Source: Lama glama
Lineage: Eukaryota
Length of the DNA stretch: 64,000 bases
Direction of reading: 5' to 3'
NCBI GenBank assembly: GCA_028534125.1
Contig: CM052818.1
Span: 29,080,001-29,144,000 of the forward strand
The notes beneath the pieces are model-generated. The model was not told the DNA's origin. It was given only the letters and a program-made list of their open reading frames with translations, and ran no database searches. Of the stretch, positions 26,290-39,912 are shown piece after piece (position 1 is the stretch's first letter; each line of letters opens with the position of its first letter). The position numbers and the translations under genes were made by a program.

Positions 26290-26420
26290 GGGGAGGGTAA
26301 AGCTCAGTGATAGTGTACATGCTTAGCATACATGAGATCCTGGGTTCAACTCCCAGTACCTCGATTAAAAGTAAGTAAATAAACCTAGTTACCTCCCTAC
26401 CCCGACTCACCCCCCGAAAA
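26290..26420 (+). mobile_element. tRNA-derived SINE, Vic-1 type (camelid)
   Basis: ggggagggtaaagctcagtgatag (A box) ... cctgggttcaactcccagtacc (B box), AT-rich tail then C-rich tail; 18-bp TSD aaagaatattctttctat (26272) / aaggaatattcattctat (26421). Confidence 0.88.
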
Positions 26421-27173
26421 AAGGAATATTCATTCTATCACTGAGTTTTATTGGTGCCCTTGTCAATACATGACCATAAAAGTAAGAGTTTATTTCTAGA
26501 TTCTCAAATCTATTGCAATAATCTGTATGTCTATCCTACTGCCAGCAACATACTGTCTTCATTACATAGCACTGTAGTAAGTTTTGACATTAAGCTTTGT
26601 AGTAAGTTTTGAAATTAAGAAGTGGGAGTTCCCCAACTTCATTCTTTTTCAAAATTGTTTTTGTTATTCTGGGTCCCTCAGATTTCCACATGAATTTTAG
26701 GATCAGCTTGTCAGTTTCTCCAAAAAAGCCAACTAGTATTTTGTTAGGGAATGCACTGAATGATCTACAGAGATCAATTTAGGAAGTACTGCCATCTTAA
26801 CAATACCAAGCCTTCCAATCTATGAATACAGGATGTCTTTCCAATATTTAGTCTCTCTAAGTTCTCTTCAATCTTTTTATAGTTATCAGTGCACAAGTCT
26901 TGCACTTCTTTGTTAAATTTATTCCCAAGTACTTTTTTTTTATGCTGTTGTAAATTTAACTGTTTTCTTAATTTCATTTTGATATTACTCATTGCTAACA
27001 TGTAGAAATACAACTGATTTTTGTATACTGATATTGTATCTTGCAACCTCGCTAATTTTATTAGCTATGACAGTTTTTTAATAGAATCCTTAGGATTTTC
27101 TATATACAAACCACGTAACCTGCAAATAGAGATAGCTTTATTTCTTCATTTCCAATCTGGATGAGATTTATTC

Positions 27174-27811
27174 ATTCATTTTTAGGACACAAAGTTTGCT
27201 TTAAATATTTCTTTGGGGGAGGGGATACTCATACTTCTACTGAAGAGAAAAACTTTTACAATCCAGAGATCTTTTATTTTTTTAGACTTACCATGCCATG
27301 AATTTATAGGGAATGGGTTCCAGCAGCTCTGGTTCCATTCTGTTGGTTCTCAAAGTGTGCTTCTCTGAATGGAGCCAGCTGTTGCTTCAGTTGAACCCAA
27401 TTACGTTTCTCTTTGCCTTCCTTCTTTTCCTGATCATTCTCCTTCACATGTTCTAAGAAGCTACTTCAGCTCTTAGAATACTTCATATGCTCAATATGTA
27501 CACTAATTATCTTGGCAAGAATCTTGCCCTTAACTTGTTCTTTTACAGTGCCAACAGCATGATGGAAACACTGTAGATTCTTCCAGTTTTGCCACAATAA
27601 CATTTATGGGGCATCCCTTTTTGAATAGTGCCCATTGTGATGTCTACAATATCACCCTTACTGTAGATTCACATGTATGTGGCCAAAGGAATAACACCAT
27701 ATTTTGTAAAAAGCCTAGAGAACATACAATGGGTGCCTCTCCTCTTTCTCTCTGTGTTAGTCATCGTCATTTTGGCAAATTAACTGGATGATGGCAGTTC
27801 CAGCCAAAAGG
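27174..27811 (-). pseudogene. RPL21: Processed pseudogene of 60S ribosomal protein L21
   Basis: Minus strand reads [64 protein letters not shown]...[14 protein letters not shown]. Intronless, with stop and frameshifts; ATG at 27770; pyrimidine (TOP-like) 5' end at 27811; degenerate TSD ctggatgagatttatt / ctggttgtcttttatt. Confidence 0.96.
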
Positions 27812-28373
27812 CTGGTTGTCTTTTATTTCTTTTTCTTGCCTCATTACCCTGCCTAGAACATCCAGTCCAATGTTGAACTGAAGTGACAAGAGCAGGCATT
27901 CTTGTCTTGCTTAACACCATACGGGGAAAGTATTCAACATTTTACCATTAAATATGATGATAACTGTGGGTTCTTTAGAGTTACCCTTTATCCAGTTGAG
28001 GAAGTTCCCCTTTAATCTTAGTTTCCTGAATTTTTTTAAATCATTAAAGAGTACAAGATTTTGTCATATTGCTTTTCTCCATCTACTGAGATGCTTAGTG
28101 ATTTTTGTTCTTTATTCTATTAATATATTGTAATTCACTGATTTCAGATACTAAACCAACCTTGCATTCCTGAGATAAACCTTCTTGGTCATGTTGTATA
28201 ACTATTCTTTTTTTTTTTTTTTTAGTATTGCTGGATTCAATTTGCTAGTATTTTGTTGAGAATTTTTATATCTGTATCTATATGGGATATCACTCTTAAG
28301 TTTTCTTTCTTTCCACATCTTTGACTAGTTTTGGCATCAAGGTAATACTAGCCTAATACAATGAGGTGGGAAG

Positions 28374-28661
28374 TGTACTGGTTTCCTATAGCTGCTCTAA
28401 AACATTACCACAAGAAAGTGGCTTAAAACAACAAAAATTTATTCTCCTATATTTTTGGAGGCCAAAAGTCGAAAATCAGTTTTACTGAGCTCAAATCAAG
28501 ATGTTGGCAGGCTATGCTCACTCCAGAGACTCTAAAGGAGAATCCACTCCCTACCTCTTCCAGCTTCTTGTGGCTTGGCAGCATTCTTTGACTTTGCCCA
28601 AAAGGTAACATTTATATTAGAACATGAATATCTTTTGGGGGGTTATTTTTAGCCTGCCACA
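28374..28661 (-). mobile_element. MaLR solo LTR (MLT1), internally deleted
   Basis: tgtactggtttcctatagctgct...gtggcttaaaacaacaaaaatttattctc ... tagcctgccaca. Confidence 0.8.
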
Positions 28662-29139
28662 GAAACCGTTACCTCTTCTACATTTTGGAAGAATTTGTGA
28701 AAGAGTGGTATTCACTCTTTTTTAAACATTTGGTAGAATTCACCAGTGAAGCCACCTGGGCCTGAACTTATCTTTGTGGAAAATTTTTAAATTATATAGC
28801 TAATCTCTTTACTTGTTACAGGTCTTCTCCAATTTTCTACTTCTTCTTGAGTCAGTTCAGTAATTTGTGTGTTTTTAGGAATCTGTCCCTTTCATCTAAG
28901 TTACCTAATTTGTTGGGATATAGTCATTTATGTATTTCCTTATAATCCTTTCATTTCCTTAAGGTCAGTAGCGACATCTCTTTCACTTCTGGTTTTAGTA
29001 ATTTGAGTTTGATTTTCTTCTTCTTGGTCAATCTAGCTAGAGGTTTGTCAGTTTTTTTGGTCTTCAAAAAAAATTCAGTTTCATTGATTTCTCTAGAATG
29101 TTTCTATTCTCTACCCATCTGTTTCTACTCTAATCTTTA

Positions 29140-31780
29140 TTTCCCTTACCAGTGGTCTTTATTTCTTCATGTGGATTCAACTTACTTTCCAGGGTCCTTT
29201 CATTTCACATAAAGGATTCCCCTTAGCATTTTTTGTACGATAGGCCTACTAGCAACAAATTCTCTCAGTATTTCTTTCACCACTTTGAATATGTTATACC
29301 ATTGCCTCCTGGCCTCCCTGGTTTCTTCTAAGAAACCAGCTATTATTCATATTAAACACCCCTTATATGTGATTAGTTGCTTCTCTCACTGCTTTCAGTA
29401 GTCTTTGGCTTTCAACAGTTCTATCGGTTTCAACAGGATGTATCTAATGTGGATCTCTTTGAATTTACTCCATTTGGACCTTGCTAAGCTTCTCAGATAT
29501 GTAGCTTAATTATTTTCATCTTATTTTGAAGTTTTGGACATTATTTCCCCAAATATTCTTTCAGCCCTTTTTTCTCTCTCCTCTCCTGGTACTCCTATTA
29601 CGCATTTGATAATATACATCATGGTCTCCCCATATCACTAAGTATCTACTTATTCTTTTTTTCTTTCTGTTTGTCAAGACTATAAAATCTCACTTGACCT
29701 ATCTCCAAATTCTGATTCTTTCTTCTGCTAGTTCAAATTGGCTTTTGAGCTCAAGTAAATTTTTTCATTTCAGTTATTGTACTTTTCAACTCCAGATATT
29801 CTATTGGATTCTTTTTTCTAATTTCTTTTTATTGCTATTCTCTATTTGATGAGACATTGCTCCTATACTTTTAATTCTGTAGACATGGTCTCCTTTAGTG
29901 CTTTGAACATGTTTATAACTTATTTAAACTCTGTCTAGTAATTTATGGTGTTCTAGTAATGTGGGGGCTTCCTCAGGATCAGTTACGTATTGACTTCTTT
30001 TTTTCACCCCTGTGCATGAGCCATACTTTTCTCTCTTTTTTTGCACATCTTCAAATAATATATTATGGCAAAAACTAAATATTTTAAATAATATAATATG
30101 GAAACTCTGGAAATCAGATCTCGTCTCCAAGGATTTTTTTTGTTGTTGCTGTTTGTTTAATCAGTTTCCTGGACTAATTCTATAAAATCTATATTCTTTG
30201 TCATGTGTGGACACTGATGTCTTTGCTCAGTTAGCTTTAAATCAACTAACAACTGGATGGAGATTTACTTAAATGTATTGAACCAATAAGTCTCCAAGCA
30301 TTTGCCAAGGGGTTCTATGTGAGTTACTCCTTCAACATCATGCAGGTAATTTACTACACTACCTTAGTCTTCACTTCCTCCTTGAGCAGAATTTCAGGTC
30401 AGCCACAAGTGAAATAGAAGAGCTTTCTCAGATTATTCCTAGACATGCATACAGCTTTGCATTTGTGTGGCCTTCTAGATCCCCAGGAATATGTCAGAGC
30501 TTTTCAAAAACCCCTATGAACATCTCATTACCTACTTTTTCCTTTTAAGTTTTTGGCCAGCTTCCTGTGTGGGCCAAATACTATCACTACATCAGACAGC
30601 TGTAATTCTAAATAAATGCCACTGATTATTTTTGACAAATGCTTCAAGGCAAAAAGGCTGTTAGCACTAAGCCAGTCAGGTCAAATAAAGACAGGTTCTG
30701 CAAGCCACTATGGAAAACAGTATGGAGATTCCTTTAAAAAATAAAAACAGAGTTACCATATGATCCAGCAATCCCACTCCTGGGCATATATCCAGAGAAA
30801 ACTCTAACTCAAAAAGACAAATGCACTCCAATGTTCATAGCAGCACTATTTACAATAGCCAAAACATGAAAGCAACCTAAATATCCATCTATAGATGAAT
30901 GGATAAAGAAGATATGGTACATACGTGGGGATGGGGTGTAGAAGACTACTACACAGTCATTAAAAAGAATGAAGTAATGCAAATAGCAGCAACATGGATG
31001 GACCTAGAGATTATCATACTAAATGAAGTAAGTCAGATAGAGAAAAAAATTCATATGATGTCACTTATTTTTGGAATCAAAAAAAATGATATATACTAAC
31101 TTATTTACAAAACAGGAAAAGACTCACATACATAGAAAACAAACTTATAGTTACCAAAAGGGAAGATGGGAAAGGATAAATTTAGAGTTAGGGATTAGCA
31201 GATACCAACTACTATATATAAAATAAATAAGAAAAAAGGTCTTACTATACCACAGAGAACTAGATTCAATATCCTGTAATAACCTATAATGAAAAAGAAC
31301 ATGAAAAAGTATATACGTTTGTGTGTGTGTGTATACTGAATCGCCACACTGTACACCAGAAACACAATGCTATAAATCAACTATATTTCAATTTTTAAAA
31401 AAAAGTTCTTCCAAAGAGATTTCCAGGGAACTGATAAGCCAAATAATGACAATTGTCTGGGAATGGGACTTTTTAAGAATTTTCAAACCTGTTCTGCCTC
31501 TCAGTAGCTACTAGGCTGCTGATTTTCTTGGCTTCCACGATTTTAAGGCTGGTAAGAGGGGGATGGGACAAGGCAAATTAAAACACCACAAAGCTCACTA
31601 TTCTTACCAAGACTTAAACATTTTTCTTAAAAAAGTGGTCCTGAAATATTACAAGCCTTTGATTAACGTTCAGAGTTCTGGAAATGTTGATTTTGACAAT
31701 TTTTGTCAATGTCCTCCTTTTTTTTATAGAGGAGTGGATTTTGAAGGGTTGTTACCCCACTAATCTGGAAGTGATCTCCT
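29140..31780 (-). mobile_element. Old L1M ORF1/5' region, interrupted by a plus-strand L1 end
   Basis: T-rich reverse ORF1-like motifs (ttcagttattgtacttttcaactccaga, ctgattctttcttctgc); resumes after 31403. Confidence 0.65.
30701..31403 (+). mobile_element. 5'-truncated L1 3' end
   Basis: agccactatggaaaacagtatggagattcc...AATWMDLEIIILNEVSQ motif, 3'UTR and A-tail. Confidence 0.92.
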
Positions 31781-33393
31781 ACATCACATTATATTAAAAA
31801 AAATCATCTCTCTCCTTCCTGACCTTAAGTTACATCAATAAGCCCTCTCCTATTCTTTTTGGTGTACGAGCTACCAATCCTTGTCATCTCTTAATGATCC
31901 CTGATATTTTGGTTTTTGATTTTACTATAGCAGGTAGGGAAAAGCAATTCAAACACACTTGTTTTTTATCTTTCTTATTTCTCAGCAGTGAAAAAGTAAA
32001 TATAGAAAGCAAGAGGAAAAGGAAAAACTAAATTCAAATAGCCTTTCCTCTGCTATAGCTTTGGGACTTGCTTTTTATTAAAAACTTGGATCAAACTTTG
32101 CATCTATAATTATATATAACATACATAAATAGTAAGCATATGCAGGGTTAAACTGGAACATTCCTAAGGGCCTGATGAAACTGAGGGGGGGAAATTTTAA
32201 TAGGATAAAATCCAATGATACGAACATTGGGTACTTTACATTTTGCATCAGTTCAAAAATAAACTACAGCAGTAAGCATAACAGTTTGATGTTGCCTATC
32301 TCTATCTTTTCACATTCATGTCAGCATTGTTTAATTTACTACATACTTGTATAACCTATTTTTGTGAGGATATATTCTATACAGTATCCTCTTAAACTTG
32401 TAAAGTATTAAGCACTATGTTTCTATGTGTGTCAGCACCACCAAGAGCTAGAAAATAAAGTCTGTCCTGACTTTAGATTATTCACTAGACTAGTTCAGCA
32501 CTGGATACAGACAAACAAAAGGAGTTTGAGTTCATTTCATATCACCTTTCAAGACAGAATAAAGAAATTGGTCTTTGTTACTCAGCTGAGGAAAGATGGT
32601 ATGATCATCACTAGAGAATATGAATAAAGCAAAATAATGCTATCTTGGCATTAAGAATTTATACCTAGATGAATACATAAATATAGCTTCCAAGACAAAA
32701 CAGACACCAGTCCTATAGTTAAACCCGAATCCGTATGAAAAGATATTTTGGCTACACCATGTAAAACTTTTCAAATTATTGCTTATTATAATGATTCATG
32801 TAGCTTTAAAATACCCATAGAAAACTTCATAAACAACCCTTTCAATTTGTGTTTCTGTCTACTAAATGCATGCCTTATTTGTCTTAATAGGTCTTTTGCT
32901 TACTCATAATTCTTTCTATTTGCAGCTGATTCTTTCATTTCTCAAATTTCAAATCATGAATCTATATAGAGCACTATGAAGTATGCAATACTGTGCTAGA
33001 TACTCCACAAAGGGAAATTCAAGGTAGACTTTCTTTCGTCAAGGAAACAATTCCAAAGTGGAAACAAGATGGTAGAATTGGAGGAAGGAAGATTATTTGA
33101 TGTATTAACACTTAACAGAAAAAAATCTTAGGATGTTGATCCAGGACATTTGTATTAAAAAAAAAAATAAACCACCACCAACAACAATCAAACCACTATT
33201 GGCATCTTCCTGTCCCCAATTTCTAAGAGTGACCTTCTATCTGACTCTCAATTATATTCATTAGAAGATAACCGTCCCTCAGAATATAGGTCATGTAATG
33301 TTTATTAAAATACACAGGGCCTAGTTTCTGAGCATAACTCTCACTCAAGCACTCTCAGTTAATGCTTGAAAAGCCACTGAAGAAGAGATCCCA

Positions 33394-33563
33394 ACAGGGA
33401 AATATACACAAAATGTTATGATAACTCACAGAGAAAAAAATGTGACAATGAGTGTGTATATGTCCATGAATGACTGAAAAATTGTGCTGAACACTGGAAT
33501 TTGACACAACATTGTAAAATGATTATAAATCAATAAAAAATGTTAAAAAAAAAAAAAAAAGAA
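33394..33563 (+). mobile_element. Young, very short L1 3' end insertion
   Basis: Perfect 15-bp TSD gaagaagagatccca (33379-33393, 33564-33578); AATAAA and poly(A); near-identical to about 54911-55060. Confidence 0.95.
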
Positions 33564-34089
33564 GAAGAAGAGATCCCAGGCCAAAGGGGGCACTGCTGTA
33601 AGCAATGGTCCAAAGACAAAAAGGGTCCTTTGTAAAATATTCCATACTGCTTGACGGATAGATCTCATTTATAACCTGGACCTTTTCTTGACATCTAAGA
33701 AAGCTGAGGAAAAAAATATTTATACACAAAGGGTAAGATCTTTAGGACAAGCCAGTATTTAAATAAAGTGCATTCACATGTGAAATATAAAACACTCTAT
33801 TTGCTTACTGACATACTAAGTGAAACTATAACAATGTAAGAGAGCTAGAAAAAATTTAAGGTGGAAAAGAAAAGTACCAGCAAAGATTTACAGTTGAAAG
33901 GAGTTTATGTAGAAGTATTTAGAAGGATATAAAGGCAGAAAGAGTAAAGGACACTGCAAAACATTCCATTTCATCCCGTTTGCAGCCTCCTTTCTTCTTT
34001 TGCTTTGTTCTGAAGGAGGAAATGAGACTTTCTAATCTAGTCACATGCCTGGTTAAAGTCTCAATTCTTTGGAGTCACCCATTCAAATT

Positions 34090-34210
34090 TTAATATATAC
34101 ACAAATTGGCTGGCATTTTGTAAAAATGCAGATTCTGATTCAGTCATTCTGCGCTGCGGCCTGCTGGTGCTACTAATCTGCAGGTCCCCACTTTGAATAC
34201 GGAGGTATAG
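34090..34210. mobile_element. MER5A-like hAT-Charlie relic
   Basis: aaaaatgcagattctgattcagt...ccccactttgaa. Confidence 0.5.
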
Positions 34211-36074
34211 GAGACTCCCTCAGTAGAGGAAACCTTAATTATCAGTCTAGTTAACATCGAGAATTTCCCTATTTCCCAATATCAAAGTAGGAACAGCATT
34301 ACACTACAATATCCTGATTTTGATCTCAAATCAAAAGATGATTAAAAACATGATTTTAAAAGATGACAGAGTAAACCACACATTACAGATTTGTTGATTT
34401 AAAAACTTCCCAAATAATTATTGCGTGACTTACTCTGTGCCAGGCACAGTTCTACACTCTGAGGATAAACTCAAGAACAAACCCAACACCTGTCCTCAGG
34501 ATAATATTTACATTTCAGTGGGGGTAACCGATTAAAAGCAAATAAGCACACAACACAAGACCAGCTGGTGAAAAATAAAAGCAAGGCAAAGAAATGGTAA
34601 TATGGTAATAAGTGCTGTTATTTTGCCAGGAAAGACCTGTTTGGTTTTACACACTCTGAGTCTAACCCAACCTTCCTTTGGTTTTTTTTGGAAGTACCAA
34701 AGTCAAACCATACCACTCCTTCCCAATTCACTTCTACTAACCTTACAACAAGGGTTAAAAAAAAAAAAAAAAGTCACCCAAACTCTCTGGCTATGTAGAA
34801 CCAACCAAGTGTTGAGTATTTAGCCATACCAGATAGAGCTTGCCAATTTTTATAAAGTATGTATTCCTTATCTCAAAGCCAGGCTGGAGAACCAAGAAGA
34901 AAGATCACAGGAATGATTCCATCCTTCAAGTTTCACCAGACATTGTCCCAACATACTTCTGACTCGATATGACACTCACTCTTCATTTCTCCACTGGCTC
35001 AAGAGACTGGGTGGCTTTAAATAGATTAAAAATAGAATCCAAAAAACAAAGTCCACAAATCAATGTACTTTATAAGCTTTCATTTCTATTGCTTTGTCTC
35101 ATCTGTTAACAATACACTGTTTATCGATTTATTTATACTTGTACAAGACATTCCACAACACACTTTAATTCAAGCTTTCATGATATGAGAATTTACAATA
35201 TATGGAAACAGAACTCAATCACTTTCCCTACTACCCCTAAAGATGCCCTGAGAAAAATAATAGATTCTGAGAGCCACACTGTTCATATCTCTATTTGTCA
35301 GAGCTATTTATAAACTACAAAAATGTCCATACTCTTTCCTCACCATCTCTTAACGTGGATGAGAATCCACCATGTGACATCTATCTTCCACCAAAGAACA
35401 AATAATCCCAAAGGCAGGAAGCCTCTGGTTTAATTTGCATCTGTCTAATCTGACTTATACAGAATTGTGCCCCTCCCACCACAACATTTTAATAAGTGTT
35501 TACATGTTACCATTCCCCAAAGGCTCAAAGACCAGCTGATAAAATTCTTCCTTGGAACTAATTATGCTTAAAGATAATCCTATTCCCCATGGATACATTC
35601 TTGAGATAAAAACTTCAAATTCTGATGCTTAAACGAGTTCAGAGCTCCTCCTTGTGGTTTCTATCTGTGAATGCTCCCCCTTCCTAAATACTGATCAATT
35701 TACTAGAGGAAAAATAATCTAATCTAAGTGTTACTTTTGTAAAGAGGGCCTCCAATATGGAAACACGTGTGTAAAATTAAAATATCTGTTTAAAGTATAA
35801 ATTATACTGCTAAATGAATGCTAACTGATACGAAGTATAGCATTTAAGATCAAGCTAATAAATTCTGTAAGAATTGGAAGGATAGCATAGCATTGTATCA
35901 CTCCACGTGAAGGGCTATGCTGTATATTCATTGTTTCTGAACCACACAGTACCCACAACAGTAGCATATGTGAAAAGGTTATTCATTGAACATTGATACG
36001 TCAAGACAATGAACCAACAGGATATAACTCAAAATCAAGTACTATAACAGCCAAGTCCCAGGGACTGCATGAAA

Positions 36075-36900
36075 GGATGGCTCTATGGGCATATGACCAG
36101 TACAGTCACACAGAGAGACACACTCAGAAGGGCCCCTAGTTGGAGTTTAAAGCATTGTTGTCTTTGTCTTTAAATTCTTAGTAATTTTATCTTTGTAAGT
36201 TTTTAGTAAGTGATGTCCAATGAAACAATGCAGCATATGCCAGGGGGCTGAAGTCCTGGCTCGACTACAATCCTGCCTCCCACTGCCTCCCTGGGATGGG
36301 TTCTTAGGTGCTCAGCTCCTAATCAATGGTGTTCTGAGACCCACTCAATCTCCCAGTGGCCCTCGGTATGAGGAAAGGGAGATTCAGGGTGATGCATACA
36401 AAAACACACACACCCCTATCTCAGGGAGAGGCATGGTGGTGGCCATCCCCTTTCTGGGCTGGCAGCATCACAGTAGGCTTAGCAGGAGACAAGAAGGGCA
36501 AGCTTCTCACTTACCCCTTATCCAGGTACCTAGCACCTCCCAGTGGTGCAGTTGCAACCACTTGGGGATCGCCTGCCCACTGTTGCTTAAGGCAGGAATC
36601 CCAAGGGAAAGGGAGACTGATTTCCCATGGAGGTCTAGTGCTGGCAAAAAACAGAGCCTGGTAGCCAATAGTAGGGTCCCAGGCACCTGTGAGGATCTGC
36701 ATTCATCCAACAAGTATCCTCGTGCTCAAGGGAGTATGACATTAAGTAGCAAGAAAAAGACACTAAGACAGGCCAAGAGAGACTGCAGAAAAGACAGGAA
36801 AGTTTTATATTTTAGTACCATCAATGGCACTTTTTTCTTGCTTTTAAACAAGGGCTCCTCCACATTTTCATCTTGTACTGGGTCCTGCAGATCATGTACC
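36075..36900 (+). mobile_element. MER45-family (hAT-Tip100) non-autonomous DNA transposon, long form
   Basis: Left arm atgggcatatgaccagtacagtcacacag...ctcagaagggcccc...aaattcttagtaatttt and right arm aacaagggctcc..cacattttcatcttgtactgggtcctgcagatcatgta match recalled MER45 ends. Confidence 0.75.
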
Positions 36901-37261
36901 TATAGTGAATTTTGCTTGTATTCCCACAAAATTCATATGTTGAAGCCCTAACCTCCATTGTGATGGTATTTGGAGATGAGGCCTTTGGAGTGATTAGGTT
37001 TAAATTAGGTCCCACCCTCATGATGGGACTAATATCCTCATAAGAAGAGGAAGGCTGAGAGAAAGGCCATGTGAGCACACAATGAGGTGATTTTCTATAA
37101 GCCAGGAAGCAGGCGCTCACCAAGAACTAGGCTCTCACTGAGAACCAAATTTGCTGGCATCTTGATCTTGTACCTCCCAACTTCCAGACCTGTGAGGAAT
37201 AAATGTCTTTCGTTTAAGCTGCCTAGTTTATAATATTTTGTTATATATCTGTGCTAAGACA
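36900..37261 (+). mobile_element. MaLR solo LTR (MLT1A/B-like)
   Basis: caaaattcatatgttgaagccctaacc...gtgatggtatttggagatg...cttgatcttg...aataaatgtc...ctaagaca. Confidence 0.88.
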
Positions 37262-39429
37262 CCAGCACTGGTGAATATTTGCCAAAAATTCCATCTCTTT
37301 TTCTAGTTGAATTATTTGTCTAACCGGATGTAGAGAAGCTGTTAAAGATTAATATATGAAAAGAATGATTCATTATTAGCCAACCCAGTGGATGTGTTCT
37401 GTACTCAACTCCACAAGACATAACTCTAGCTTCAGAAACCACCTTTGTAGTTTCTGATAAAACATTTCATGAAGTAGAGCCAGTTACACAAAAAGAAGCC
37501 ACCACTCAAACACTTGTAAGTAACTTTATCCTTTCTTGAAATGTTTGCAATTATAAATCTCCACTTGTATAACACCAGTGTTAGTACTGCAGGGAGATAC
37601 CCTAATTGGCTGAGACTTATTAGCCTACATTTTCTTCTAAATAATCGAAAAAGACTTTAAAAGATATGGGTTGAAGTCTGGAATATGAGGTCATGTTTCT
37701 AGAGTATTATGGAAGGGAGATAACTGGAGAAAGCTTAAACAATGGTTCACAGATGAAAGACTTCTAGGGTGGGATGCAGAAATAACAGGAAAGTGTATCT
37801 TGAGACTGAGGAAAATAATATTGACAGAATGCTGACTGCAACTAGCACATTGATAATGAAGAGGAAAATAGGGAGCCACCGAAGTGTTTAAGGGATTAAA
37901 ATGACAATCTCAGTGACAATCAAGATGGCTAGCAATGCATTTAGTACGGAATGAAGGGAAAAGAGATTAATGAAGTAAAAATGATGCAGGGTATGACTCT
38001 AAGCTAATGTGGTAAGACTGAATTCCAGAAGCCACAAAGGAAAATCAGTTTCATTGGTCTGTGATCACATTTTATATATCAAACGAGGTCAGAAATAACC
38101 GGAGACTGGAGAACTAACACAGCATTATAGATTAAGAGGTGGAATACCCCCACCTGATCAAGATCTAAGGACTGAATGCAGAGTGTCATAAGTGAGATGT
38201 TAACCCTGACTCTGCGGTGCATTGTCAGAGGAATAGTGGTGCAGGTGAGACAATGAGGAGACAAGCTTCTAAGAGAGATGAAGGAAAAGTTTGAGGGAGC
38301 AGAAACAGTTCTGCCCAGTGAGTGAGCCATTAGTGAACAGGACAGAGTTCAGGGCCCTAGCAGCAGACCTGGCAATTTTCCACATGTAGATGAACCATGG
38401 TTCATGGGAGACCCCTATGTTAAAACAACAGACATGAGCTTGCATTCATGCATTCATGCCTGGATTCTTCCAGCGACAAATCCTCCCTGATAAAGGGCAC
38501 TGAATCCCACACCCAGAAGCTCTAACTTTCCCACTAGTGAACTGTGCAGAATGAGGAGCCACGTAGCACCATCAGCCTTTCTTTAAACACAAAGACTATC
38601 CAAAGACCACGTAGGCAAATAATAAATCTCTTATTTCTTTCCTCAATTCCTCCAAGTTCTTAAATTTCTCTTTAAATATACATTGTTTAAACTGACACTT
38701 TTAGCAAGAAATTGGGGAGAATCAGGAGAACACACTGGACATATGAGTCACTTAAACCTTTGCCAAGGTTCATAGTTAAATGGGAATGAGATGTGGGCAA
38801 TGTGTGAGGAAATACAATTACAGTATTAGTTACAACTGGTAGTTACATTTACTGATAATTCTAATAAATTCAAATAATTTTAAATTACTATTGTTATTGA
38901 TTATCATTTTTCTTCTCAGTTTCCTTTTATATTTTTTGGATACTGTACTATTTTTACCAGAAACTTTTCATTCAATTCCTGGTAGAAATTTTCTTCTTCT
39001 TCTTTAAATGTTTCTTAATTTCTTGAGGTTACCTGGACCTGTGTGTTAACTGAGAAGTTAATCATCTGTCTAGTTCCTCAACCTTGGAATTGTTTCAGGG
39101 GAGGTAAATACTAAGAAGCGGGTTCCTGCCTATTTAGTTCAATCCTCAATTCTATTTGCCACAAAAAGTTGAGAATCTACTGCTTTGAATTTTAAGTTTT
39201 ATTTTCTGATAAATTTTGAAATGCTAAGTATTCTCTTACTCAAAATAATCACCTTCTAAATTCCTATGGCTAAATGGAAGGGTAATCATTGATTCTGTTT
39301 CTAATCAAAGTCATCCACCCTCCAGGTTATTCAGTACCCTTAAATGGCAGAGTTCAAAGGATGCTACTCTTTTTTAAGGAAGAAAAACAATGTATGGCTT
39401 TTCCAGAATGTCCTATCTCAGAGCACAAT

Positions 39430-39912
39430 TTAGAGAGGGTTTCTGAACATTTTTATATTACAGACTGTTTTGGTGGTCTGTGAAGTTTATGAACCCCTTA
39501 TCAGAATATTACTTCTAAATGCATAAAGTAAAATGCATAGGAATCTAAAGAAATCAATTATACTAAAATATGGCAATCAAAATATTTCTAAACTATTATA
39601 GAGTAACTCATTTACTTATTAACATCTTAGTAAGATCCAGAGTCTAATAACCACCATAAATTTAAAGTAGTGATGAACAAGAAAAATATTTCAAGATACT
39701 ACAACTGTACTGTGAAATGAAGATAAATGTGATTTCTGTTGATGTCGAAAGCATAGGTTCTGCTAACACTGCCATGATTTGTTGTCTACATTTGTAATTA
39801 GAGGAAATACTGAGCTGTAGTTAGCTGTAATTCTTCCACTCAAAGTTCCTAGACCCCTACTTTCTATCCATGAACACTCAAGGGCTCCATGGACCAGGTT
39901 AAGAACCCCTAA
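39430..39912 (+). mobile_element. hAT-Charlie DNA transposon (MER119-like)
   Basis: Inverted termini agggtttctgaac / gttaagaacccct; internal ccccttatcagaat...taaatgcataa. Confidence 0.7.

Larger units (their letters stand above)
25060..29140 (-). mobile_element. Old L1 (L1M-type) 3'UTR and ORF2, hosting three nested insertions
   Basis: Reverse-strand L1 sequence throughout (e.g. ORF track 26774-27046 resembles frameshifted ORF2); interrupted by a SINE, the RPL21 retrocopy and an MLT1. Confidence 0.9.

Noticed and set aside
26290..26365. Possible tRNA gene
   Set aside because: Degenerate cloverleaf with a SINE tail and TSD; it is a SINE
36220..36951. 243-aa ORF, the longest gap-free ORF
   Set aside because: Lies in a MER45-type element and runs into an MLT1 LTR; no transposase or other recognisable motif; likely chance in GC-richer repeat DNA
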